This document shows positions 8,948 to 17,564 of a stretch of DNA of 64,000 nucleotides, piece after piece (positions within the stretch are counted from its first letter, which is position 1; each line of letters begins with the position of its first letter). The DNA lies in assembly GCA_036170915.1 (NCBI GenBank), contig JAVHQC010000010.1, positions 128,001 through 192,000 of the forward strand, read 5' to 3'. The position numbers were made by a program, and so were the translations under genes. The notes under the pieces were generated by a model, which was given only the letters and a program-made list of their open reading frames with translations, had not been told where the DNA came from and searched no databases. Source of the DNA: Cyanobacteria bacterium auto_48_18. Its GTDB lineage: Bacteria; Cyanobacteriota; Vampirovibrionia; Obscuribacterales; Obscuribacteraceae.

Positions 8948-10999
8948 TTGCTGGTCTTAATCGGCGAGGGTGGAATTGGCGTTGTTTACCGCTGCTGGCA
9001 TAAAATCATGCAGCGGGAATATGCTCTCAAACTTTTAAAACCCACGCAAGTCAACGAACAAACTTGGCAGCGGTTTCAGGTGGAAGCCAGAGCCATCGCC
9101 AAATTAGACCATCCAAATATCGTCAAAATCTACAATATGGGCATCGATCACGGCGACTGTCCGTATTACGTTATGGAACTGCTAGACGGTAGTTCCTTAA
9201 ATTCATATATCGGCTCAAACACGCTGGCTGAGCTCACTACAGTCCTCGACATATTCAAGCAACTTACTGCAGGCTTTGGTTACGCTCACAGCAAAGGCAT
9301 TATTCACAGAGATGTAAAACCGGCAAATGTAATTTTAGAAACCGACCACTCAGGCTCTTTAATAGTAAAAATTGTCGATTTTGGTATGGCAAAATTATTA
9401 AACCGTGACACGGTTATGAAACAGGGTCTTACCAGTGCCGGCGAAGTATTCGGCACACCTCTGTATATGAGCCCCGAACAATCGATTGGCGCTGATATCG
9501 ATGAACGCTCAGACATTTATTCACTGGGCTGTACTTTCTTTAAAACCCTCACCGGCGAATATCCTTTTCGCGGAGAAAGCTCGGTAGAAACAATTTTATT
9601 GCACCAGACGCAGCCGGCACCAGCACTAAGCGATGTAAGCGATCAAGATTTTCCGCAGCCCATCGAAGACATAGTGCAAAAGATGCTGGCGAAGCGGCCC
9701 GAAGATCGCTATCAATCTATGAAAGAAGTGGAATTTGATATTGAACGATTTGAAAAAAGTCAAAATCACTCTCAGTTTACGTCAAGCCAAATTGTCACTG
9801 ACACTGAGGAAACTGCTGGCGATGCTCCATATAATCTCAAACCGCTTCTCATCCTCGGCGCTGTCACACTCTCGATTCTAGCTATCGGCATTGGTACCTA
9901 CTTACTTTATAAAAACTCAAATCCATCTGTCAGCGATACCACAAACCCTGCCGATACTTCCGCCTCTGTCCGCGATGCGCAATTGGACGGTAGCTTAGAC
10001 ACGGTGACAAGGGCTAAGCCGAATGCCTATGGTGACATAGTTGAAAATTTACCGATTTCTAGAGGCGAACAACTCTTTAATCAATTTAAAAAACGTGCGT
10101 CGCAGCCGGCAGTGAAGAACGGTGTGCGTGGACTGAAATTCTTTTTCCCCGCAACCTCAGTAGGACGAATACAGAACAATCTAGGCATTCATGCAGAAGC
10201 TCGTGGTGAAGTTTTTGTCGGCGAAACGCGACCTATCTGCCTTGAAATACGAGAGAGCGATCCGGCAGTGTGGGCGAATCCTAACATTCTAGAAAAAATT
10301 GATATCGATAATATCAATGAAATAAGGCTTAGTCGCAACAATTCTGTTGAGGAAGATCCGAGAGAAAAGTCTGTGCTTGCCATGCTCAAAATTGCTAGAA
10401 AAGCGAAAAACTTAATTGGAGTGCACTTTGCCGGCTTCAATCCCGGCCTGGCGGTAATCGACTATGTAGAGACCTTTCCTAAGTTGACTCGCTTTAGCAT
10501 AAACAACAGTAATGAATCGGCCAAAGATTTTGCGAAACGCCCTTTTCTGAAAAAACTAGAATATCTTGAAGTGTCAGGCATGCTAGATGTAGACGCAGTG
10601 ATTGCGGCACTTGCAGGTTCAAAAAAATTGCAGGCTTTAATCATCGACGAGACAAATCCGTCACTAGCGGCTCTCGCGTCTCTCAAGACATTCCCTAATC
10701 TAGTTTATCTGTCCTACGGCTCGGCGGTTATTACAGACGAGCAGCTTGCTGCCATCAGCAACATTCCTAGCCTAAATTATTTTGTGGCACGGCGCTCACA
10801 ATGCAATATTGAAAGTATGGTCAAACTGAAAGGCTTCAAACGCCTCACTGAATTTACTATCGCCGGCTGGTCAAAAGAAGACGTTGCACGATTTAAAAAA
10901 TCATTTCCTCAGTGCAAGATAAATGTGCATGAAAAGAGCACCCCACCTTTAGCGGAAGAAGATTTTGAAAGATTAAGCCGACCCACCGACAAAGAGTAA
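8948..10999 (+). CDS. Hanks-type Ser/Thr protein kinase with a TM helix and C-terminal LRR domain
   Basis: GEGGIG, ALK, HRDVKPAN, DFG, GTPLYMSPEQ, DIYSLG; TM LLILGAVTLSILAIGIGTYLL; LRR-like repeats. The frame stays open upstream to 8831. Confidence 0.92.
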   Translation: MLVLIGEGGIGVVYRCWHKIMQREYALKLLKPTQVNEQTWQRFQVEARAIAKLDHPNIVKIYNMGIDHGDCPYYVMELLDGSSLNSYIGSNTLAELTTVLDIFKQLTAGFGYAHSKGIIHRDVKPANVILETDHSGSLIVKIVDFGMAKLLNRDTVMKQGLTSAGEVFGTPLYMSPEQSIGADIDERSDIYSLGCTFFKTLTGEYPFRGESSVETILLHQTQPAPALSDVSDQDFPQPIEDIVQKMLAKRPEDRYQSMKEVEFDIERFEKSQNHSQFTSSQIVTDTEETAGDAPYNLKPLLILGAVTLSILAIGIGTYLLYKNSNPSVSDTTNPADTSASVRDAQLDGSLDTVTRAKPNAYGDIVENLPISRGEQLFNQFKKRASQPAVKNGVRGLKFFFPATSVGRIQNNLGIHAEARGEVFVGETRPICLEIRESDPAVWANPNILEKIDIDNINEIRLSRNNSVEEDPREKSVLAMLKIARKAKNLIGVHFAGFNPGLAVIDYVETFPKLTRFSINNSNESAKDFAKRPFLKKLEYLEVSGMLDVDAVIAALAGSKKLQALIIDETNPSLAALASLKTFPNLVYLSYGSAVITDEQLAAISNIPSLNYFVARRSQCNIESMVKLKGFKRLTEFTIAGWSKEDVARFKKSFPQCKINVHEKSTPPLAEEDFERLSRPTDKE

Positions 11000-11180
11000 A
11001 GATGACTAACTACTCGACTTGCCGGCGATGGTACCGTTGGTGATACCTTGACCTCAGTCACCAACGGCAATGGGCCGACGGACGAAAAGGTGCGCGGTTC
11101 CAGATAAGCTACAATTATGCAAATCTGCGTGGCAAAGTAGTCATGAAGTAACCCGGCCCGGCAATAATGAGGATTCGCAC

Positions 11181-12269
11181 GTGAAAAAGAACCAGATAGC
11201 AGCGCTCTTAATTGCGGCATCTATATTCTTGACTATTCCTGCCCCCTCATTTGCGCAAAATAATGAAGGGCCTCAGGTATCCACCGTCATGCTCAAAGTT
11301 GTGCGCAATCAAGACGGCAGCCAGAGCGTGATCACCCCCAAAGGCGACCTGGCCCCATTGCCTGGAGCCGGCGTTGCAGGTGACGCAGCCGAAATTTACA
11401 TGGGCTCGCAAGGCGGCTTCTGGTACCAAGACATGACCGGTCAAACTGTTGATCTCAACGCCGCTGTTCAAGCCTTGCAAGCAAGACGCCAGCGGGCATC
11501 AGCTCACCAGATTCCGCAGTACGCTCCGCAGCCATACTATCCAGAGCAACAGACTCAAAACACCACTCAGACGACAACCCAATCAACAGGCAGCGGTGCA
11601 CTTGCTGCCGTAGGTACCGCAGCTGCAGCGGGCATGGGTGCTATGGCAGGCGCGGCAATGTCCAACAATTATTACAACGCTCCTTACGGAACGCCTATGT
11701 ACTACGGCGCACACGGCAGCCCCTACTATTACAACAATAATAATGAGCGGCAAACATTCAGCGATCTGAACGCCAACCAACAAGCGGTGCTGTACAACAA
11801 AAGAAAAAATACAGTGAATAATCAGGCTGAAGCGGTTCAGCATGCGCAGACCAGTCAACAAAATCGTCAGGAACAGTATCAGACCAGCCAACAAAACAGA
11901 CAGAGCCAATATCAGAGCGCTCAACAAACAAGACAGACTGAGTATCAGAACAACCAGAACATCCAGGCCAACAGAACGCAAATGGCGCAGGAAGCGCAAG
12001 CCAACCGCTCAGGCTCACAGCATCAAGAAAACTATCAGAGGCAACAACAGTGGTATCAACAGCAGGTTGCGCAGAACCCAGGCCGTTTTCAAAAATCTGA
12101 AAGCAACCCATTTACCGCTCAAGGCGGCGGTGGCTTTGGTCAAGCGCGAGCCGAAGGTGGTGGAGGCCGCTTTAGCGAAGCTAGAGCCGAAGGTGGTGGT
12201 CGCTTTAGTGGCGAACGCGCTTCAGGTCGTTCGTTCAGTGGTGGTGGTGGCAGAGTGCGCAGACGCTAA
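11181..12269 (+). CDS. Secreted Gln/Asn/Tyr/Gly-rich low-complexity protein
   Basis: GTG 11181 follows SD GAGGA. Signal peptide KKNQIAALLIAASIFLTIPAPSFA, then a Q/N-rich region and a Gly/Arg C-tail. Confidence 0.8.
   Translation: MKKNQIAALLIAASIFLTIPAPSFAQNNEGPQVSTVMLKVVRNQDGSQSVITPKGDLAPLPGAGVAGDAAEIYMGSQGGFWYQDMTGQTVDLNAAVQALQARRQRASAHQIPQYAPQPYYPEQQTQNTTQTTTQSTGSGALAAVGTAAAAGMGAMAGAAMSNNYYNAPYGTPMYYGAHGSPYYYNNNNERQTFSDLNANQQAVLYNKRKNTVNNQAEAVQHAQTSQQNRQEQYQTSQQNRQSQYQSAQQTRQTEYQNNQNIQANRTQMAQEAQANRSGSQHQENYQRQQQWYQQQVAQNPGRFQKSESNPFTAQGGGGFGQARAEGGGGRFSEARAEGGGRFSGERASGRSFSGGGGRVRRR
11847..11945 (+). repeat. Three imperfect 33-bp coding tandem repeats (QTSQQNRQEQY / QTSQQNRQSQY / QSAQQTRQTEY)
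   Basis: cagaccagtcaacaaaatcgtcaggaacagtat / cagaccagccaacaaaacagacagagccaatat / cagagcgctcaacaaacaagacagactgagtat. Confidence 0.85.
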
Positions 12270-12294
12270 GTCTGCACAGTTCGCACCAGCCAGT

Positions 12295-12870
12295 TTATTT
12301 CGCAGCTTTCTTCAGCGGCTTCCAGTCAGTGTTTAAGTGCAGTACAACCCACTGCCCGTTTTTGCGTTCGAATACTTCTGAGCACCACGATTCAAGAGTG
12401 GTGGCACCAGGATCGTTGAGATCTTTTGTTGCTCTGAATGACACCATTGCTGTTTCACCTTTGATGTGAACAAATGGATTGTGCACAATCAATCGCTTTA
12501 CTGGATGAGTGCTTTGATTGCCCAAAATATTCTTCTTGACGTGGTCAATTACTGTTTGCTTACCGTGCACATATTGCTTAGTTTCGGCATCAAAAGTGGT
12601 GACTTCATCACTCAGTGCAGCACCAATTTGATCGAGGTTACGATGGGCCATACCCTGCAACAACTTTTGCAAGGCGGCGATTACCGCTAAATCTTCTTTG
12701 TCTGTCTGTGTAGCACCAACCAGCTCTATATCGATCATTGCTTCAGGTTTTATTACAGCAGGTTTTATTGAAGCAGGCTTTTCTTCCACCGCGCTTACCG
12801 GCAAATTGCCCGCAAGTGTCAATGCCGCAAGTAAAACCAAATGGTTGAATCCAGGTCTAAACATTTTCAT
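12295..12870 (-). CDS. Secreted NTF2-like (SnoaL/DUF4440-type) protein
   Basis: Signal peptide; C-terminal VHIKGETAMVSF...SEVFERKNGQWVVLHLN. Confidence 0.8.
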   Translation of the reverse strand: MKMFRPGFNHLVLLAALTLAGNLPVSAVEEKPASIKPAVIKPEAMIDIELVGATQTDKEDLAVIAALQKLLQGMAHRNLDQIGAALSDEVTTFDAETKQYVHGKQTVIDHVKKNILGNQSTHPVKRLIVHNPFVHIKGETAMVSFRATKDLNDPGATTLESWCSEVFERKNGQWVVLHLNTDWKPLKKAAK

Positions 12871-12879
12871 CTCCTTCGG

Positions 12880-13221
12880 TTAAAAGCGGGCGTCATTGTA
12901 AGCAGAATCTTGCGCGTTCAAGGCACGGTCAAGATCTCGCACTTGACGGTCGCAGTCTTGCAAGTAGCGACTGAGGGAATATTTTTGTTGCTGCAGTTCG
13001 GCAATTTTGCGATCTACGTCGCTGTAGGCTCGCTGAATCTGAGAGCGTTGGTCTAGCACCTGATCGCGTGAGCGCAAGAGGCTGTTGCGCGCGCCTGAAC
13101 TGTAGGCGAACACAGCCCCTCCCAGAGAAAGTAATGCCAGTGTAGCGACTAAGGTGCGGCGAACGGGTCTATCTTTTGCCCGTATTTTCGAGTCAAGACA
13201 GCTCTGTTTACTCAACGGCAT
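12880..13221 (-). CDS. Small membrane-anchored or secreted coiled-coil protein
   Basis: Hydrophobic N-region followed by a heptad-rich helix. The start overlaps the end of the RND gene. Confidence 0.7.
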   Translation of the reverse strand: MPLSKQSCLDSKIRAKDRPVRRTLVATLALLSLGGAVFAYSSGARNSLLRSRDQVLDQRSQIQRAYSDVDRKIAELQQQKYSLSRYLQDCDRQVRDLDRALNAQDSAYNDARF

Positions 13222-16200
13222 TCTTTTTTCTCCTCAGGGCAGACAGCATAGATTTGATCATGACGAAAATCACAGGAACAAGATAAAGGCTAAGTATAGT
13301 CGAAACAACCATACCACCACATACGGCGGTACCTAGCGATTGACGTGAATTAGCACCAGCGCCTTCGGCAATCACAAGTGGAAATAGTCCGGCTACGAAC
13401 GCCAGCGATGTCATCAAAATCGGCCGCAGCCTCATTGTCGAAGCCTGCACCGCTGCGTCTTTAATTGAGAGTTTTTCAACTTTGAGCAAGTGATTGGCAA
13501 ATTCAACAATTAGAATAGCGTTTTTACTGGCCAGACCAACAAGCATTACAAGACCAATCTGGCAGAAAACATCATTCTGCAGACCTCGCATCCATTGCGC
13601 TGATAGAGCGCCAAGAACTGCCGGTGGAACGGACAGCAAGATGATGAATGGATCAGTAAAGCTTTCATACTGCGCCGACAAAACCAGAAATACAAAGACA
13701 ATACCCAGAGCGAAAATTACAATTGCAGAACTGCCGGCCTGAATTTCTTCAAGCGAAATGCCTGACCAAGAGAATGTCATGCCCTTGGGCAGCACATCAG
13801 CAGACAGCTTAGTCATGGCTTCCAGAGCCTGTCCTGAACTATAGCCGTGTGCTGGCGAACCATTCACTTCAACAGAGCGGAAAAGATTGTAGTGCGAAAT
13901 GATTGGCGCGCATAAACTCGGAGCACCTTCAATCAAAGTATCGAGGGTGATCATTTTGCCGTCTCGATTTTTGATGTAATACTGAAGCAAGCTCTTGGGC
14001 TCTACTCGAAAACCCTGGTCAGCTTGTACATAAACTCTGTAGCTGCGATTGATGTAATCAAAATCGTTGACATACGATGAACCGAGCAAAAGCTGCAATG
14101 TATCAAGCACTTGCGAGATGTCGACATTTAACGCCTCGGCCAGTTCTCTGCGCACATTGACATTCAGCCTGGGAGTGCCGGCACTGAATGTGGTGAACAA
14201 TCCCTTGAGACCAGCGCTGCTGTTGCCGGTCTTAATCAACTTGCCGGCGGTCAAAGCCAGCTCCCCTACAGATCTGCCAAATTTGTCTTGCAGTTGATAA
14301 GAGAAACCACCCATCTGCCCCATGCCCTCAAGGGCTGGAGGTGCAAACGGCCCCATAGATGCTTCGGTCACTTTAGAAAGTGTGCCTCGCAATCTGGCAA
14401 TTACGGCGTCGGCATGGCTACTTTTCTCTGCTCTTTCTTTCCACGGTTTAAGAGGGCAGAAAACTAAACCGTAGTTGGGTGCCACACCCGAGAAACTGAA
14501 ACCAGACAATGCCAATGCCGGTTGACATTCTTTCTCTGCTTCCACGATTTTACTGACTTTTTTCAACACATCAGTGGTGTATTCGAGAGATGTGCCGTCT
14601 GGGCCGCGACCAACTACAAAGAAGTAGCCTTGATCTTCATCAGGTACGAAGCCACCAGGCAAGACTTTAAATAGATAGACAACGCCGACAATGATCGCCA
14701 CTGAAAGTAGTATCATCACCGGCGCCATCTTGAGCGACATTAGAAGCGTTTTCTCGTAAATCTGGCGAACAAAATCGATGCATTTATTGATTACTTTAAA
14801 GAGAGGGTTCTGATGCTCTGGTTCTGGCTTCAAAATCAGAGCCGATAGAGCCGGCGAAAGAGTCAAGGCATTAAAGGCTGAGAGAGCTACCGATGCAGCA
14901 ATGGTCAAAGCAAACTGTTTATAGAGCTGCCCGGTAGTACCAGGGAAAAAAGCCACAGGCACAAAGACGGCAGCCAAAACTAAAGCGGTGCCCACCAGGG
15001 CACCAGCAGTTTCTTTCATGGCAATTGATGTCGCCTCTCTTGCCGACATTTTAGATTCTTCCATGTGCCGCTTGACGTTTTCAACCACCACGATGGCGTC
15101 ATCAACAACCAGACCAGTGGCCAGAGTTAAACCAAACAATGTCAATGTATTGATGGAGAAGCCCATGGCCTCCATGAATACAAAAGTACCAATCAAACTC
15201 ACCGGAATGGTCACGCAAGCAATAACCATGCTGCGCCAGTCTTGCAAGAAAATGAATATCACCAACACAACAAGCACAATGGCTTCGAGAAGTGTTTTTA
15301 CTACTTCGTTAATCGATTCTTTTACAGCTTCAGTAGTGTCTAAACAGACATCGCATTTGATACCAGGGGGAAATGATTTCTCAAGATCGGCCAATTGAGC
15401 CTTAATACCATTAGCGACTTTAAGAGCGTTGCCACCAGCCCGAAGATAGACGACCATAGCCACCGCACCGCGATCCTTATAGATGCAATCGGTAGAATAA
15501 TTCTCTGCGCCTAGCTCAACCCGACCAATATCGCTGATATGTACCAGTGAACCATCGCTGCCGCGCTTGACCACAACTCTTTCAAACTCTTTTGGATCAG
15601 ACATGCGTCCAATCACCTTTAGATTATATTGATAGCGTTGCCCAGCCGGCGCCGGAGCAGCACCAAGGTCGCCTGCACCTACCTGGCGATTTTGACTTTG
15701 CAAGGCAGTGATCACCTCAAGTGGTGTCATCTGTTGTTTAGCCAGCTTGCCCGGGTCAAGCCAGATGCGCATAGCATATTTGCGCTCGCCCACGAGCTCT
15801 ACGCTGCCCACGCCGTTGATACTTTTGAAGACATCTTTGAGATAAAGGTCGGCGTAGTTGCTTAGATATTCTTGCGAATATTCGCCGTTGCTGTAAAGCG
15901 CTAATGCCATCACCAGTGATGTTGAAACCTTGTCCACTGAAACGCCAAGACGTTTCACTTCTTCAGGCAAGCGACCCTGGGCAGACGACACTTTTGTCTG
16001 CACATCCATGGCCGCCTGGTCATTGCCACGCTCTAAATTAAAAGTGGCGATAATCTTACTGCTGCCGTCATTGCCGCTCCACGACTGAATGTACTTCAGC
16101 CCTTCAATACCATTGATCTCCTTTTCAAGCGGCGTGGTAACTGAAGACTCAACTTGCTCGGCACTGGCACCAATATATGTGCTTTTAACTTGCACCTGGG

Positions 16201-16321
16201 GTGGTGCCAGAGAAGGATACTGCGAAATAGGCAAAGCTGGAATGACAATAGCGCCGGCCAGAATCATGGCAAAGGCAATAACAGCAGCAAATACCGGTCG
16301 ACTGATGAAGAATTCTGACAT
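13208..16321 (-). CDS. RND efflux permease subunit (HAE1/AcrB family)
   Basis: FFISRPVFA, LPISQYP, GLVVDDAIVVVEN, KNAILIVEFA, RLRPILMTS; 1037 aa. Confidence 0.96.
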   Translation of the reverse strand: MSEFFISRPVFAAVIAFAMILAGAIVIPALPISQYPSLAPPQVQVKSTYIGASAEQVESSVTTPLEKEINGIEGLKYIQSWSGNDGSSKIIATFNLERGNDQAAMDVQTKVSSAQGRLPEEVKRLGVSVDKVSTSLVMALALYSNGEYSQEYLSNYADLYLKDVFKSINGVGSVELVGERKYAMRIWLDPGKLAKQQMTPLEVITALQSQNRQVGAGDLGAAPAPAGQRYQYNLKVIGRMSDPKEFERVVVKRGSDGSLVHISDIGRVELGAENYSTDCIYKDRGAVAMVVYLRAGGNALKVANGIKAQLADLEKSFPPGIKCDVCLDTTEAVKESINEVVKTLLEAIVLVVLVIFIFLQDWRSMVIACVTIPVSLIGTFVFMEAMGFSINTLTLFGLTLATGLVVDDAIVVVENVKRHMEESKMSAREATSIAMKETAGALVGTALVLAAVFVPVAFFPGTTGQLYKQFALTIAASVALSAFNALTLSPALSALILKPEPEHQNPLFKVINKCIDFVRQIYEKTLLMSLKMAPVMILLSVAIIVGVVYLFKVLPGGFVPDEDQGYFFVVGRGPDGTSLEYTTDVLKKVSKIVEAEKECQPALALSGFSFSGVAPNYGLVFCPLKPWKERAEKSSHADAVIARLRGTLSKVTEASMGPFAPPALEGMGQMGGFSYQLQDKFGRSVGELALTAGKLIKTGNSSAGLKGLFTTFSAGTPRLNVNVRRELAEALNVDISQVLDTLQLLLGSSYVNDFDYINRSYRVYVQADQGFRVEPKSLLQYYIKNRDGKMITLDTLIEGAPSLCAPIISHYNLFRSVEVNGSPAHGYSSGQALEAMTKLSADVLPKGMTFSWSGISLEEIQAGSSAIVIFALGIVFVFLVLSAQYESFTDPFIILLSVPPAVLGALSAQWMRGLQNDVFCQIGLVMLVGLASKNAILIVEFANHLLKVEKLSIKDAAVQASTMRLRPILMTSLAFVAGLFPLVIAEGAGANSRQSLGTAVCGGMVVSTILSLYLVPVIFVMIKSMLSALRRKKNAVE

Positions 16322-17563
16322 CTACTGACTCCCGGACGCGTCGATTGGTGATTTGTCCGCCAGTAGTTGAATGCCTGAAACCACTACTTCGTCGCCGGCA
16401 TTCAAGCCAGACTTAACCGTTGCTGTATTGTTCTGGATAGAGCTAATTTCAACAGGCTTTTGCCTGGCGATTGGTTTGCCGTCTTCGCCTTGCGCAGCCA
16501 CAAATATAAAGGCCTTACCAGCCACAAATGAAATTGCTTCAGTGGGAACAGACAGTGTTAATTCAGTTTTGAGAATCAACTTAACTTGCACCGATTGATC
16601 GGGGCGAAGTTGATCTTGAGTGTTAGCAAATTCACCTTTTACAAGCACAGATTGGTTCTGCAAATTGACGGTGGGTGCCACGTAGAACACTGCCGTTTGG
16701 CCATAAGAAGCGCCGTCATTACCAAGAATTTCCATCTTGGTACCAACTCGAACTTGTTTTGCCATTTCTTGAGGCACTTCTACATTTACTTCAAGAGGTT
16801 TGTTCTTGCTCAAAGTCGTAAGCTTTGTTTGCGGGTTAACGTAATCACCCATCTTCACAGGAACATTGCCGATTACGCCACTAAAAGGTGCATGTACAGT
16901 ACGGTAGCCAAGTTCGGCTTGTTGAACTTTTAACTCAGCTTTCGCCTCTTCAATGCGTTGCTTAGCGCGCTCAATCACTTCTTTCTGCGCTACTGTTTCT
17001 GCATTCAAAGAGTTGAGATTCGCCTTGGCTACGCGCAGGTCTCGATCTTGTCTGTCAACAGTGGCGAGAGGAACTACACCCCGTTTCTCCAACCAGTAAT
17101 AGCGCTGATACTCGACATTATTAAGATCAACCTGCGACTGTTTTGCCTCTTGTTCTGCCTGAAGCGCACCAAGTCTTCCAACTTCCTTTGCATAGTCTGA
17201 CTTTGACAGTTCCACACTGCTTCGCTTAGCTGCAACTTCGGCCTCTTGCTTATTACTCTCGATTTCAAAAAGCAACTGCCCTTGTTGCACTGGCCTACCA
17301 GCAGTAATTGGAATTTTTGCTATGTATCCATCAATGCGCGGAAACAAGTCTACCGAGTTGCGTGAGTCCATAGCACCAACAAGAGTGACACTAGCAGCAA
17401 CCTTGCTTGCTTCAATCTTTTTCAATTTCACCGGTACTGCTCTTGCCTGCGCCGGCTCGCCTTTCTTCTCAGTCTCTGATTTACAGCTACAAAGCAAAGT
17501 GCCACAAGCGATGATGCAAGCAAGGCAAAACGCGCTGACAAATGGAGAAAAACCTTTTTGCAC
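16322..17563 (-). CDS. RND periplasmic adaptor (membrane fusion protein)
   Basis: PRIDGYI..I....G..V..GQLLF, hairpin coiled coil, V.APFSGVIG, SGLNAGDEVVVSG. Confidence 0.93.
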   Translation of the reverse strand: MQKGFSPFVSAFCLACIIACGTLLCSCKSETEKKGEPAQARAVPVKLKKIEASKVAASVTLVGAMDSRNSVDLFPRIDGYIAKIPITAGRPVQQGQLLFEIESNKQEAEVAAKRSSVELSKSDYAKEVGRLGALQAEQEAKQSQVDLNNVEYQRYYWLEKRGVVPLATVDRQDRDLRVAKANLNSLNAETVAQKEVIERAKQRIEEAKAELKVQQAELGYRTVHAPFSGVIGNVPVKMGDYVNPQTKLTTLSKNKPLEVNVEVPQEMAKQVRVGTKMEILGNDGASYGQTAVFYVAPTVNLQNQSVLVKGEFANTQDQLRPDQSVQVKLILKTELTLSVPTEAISFVAGKAFIFVAAQGEDGKPIARQKPVEISSIQNNTATVKSGLNAGDEVVVSGIQLLADKSPIDASGSQ

Positions 17564-17564
17564 T

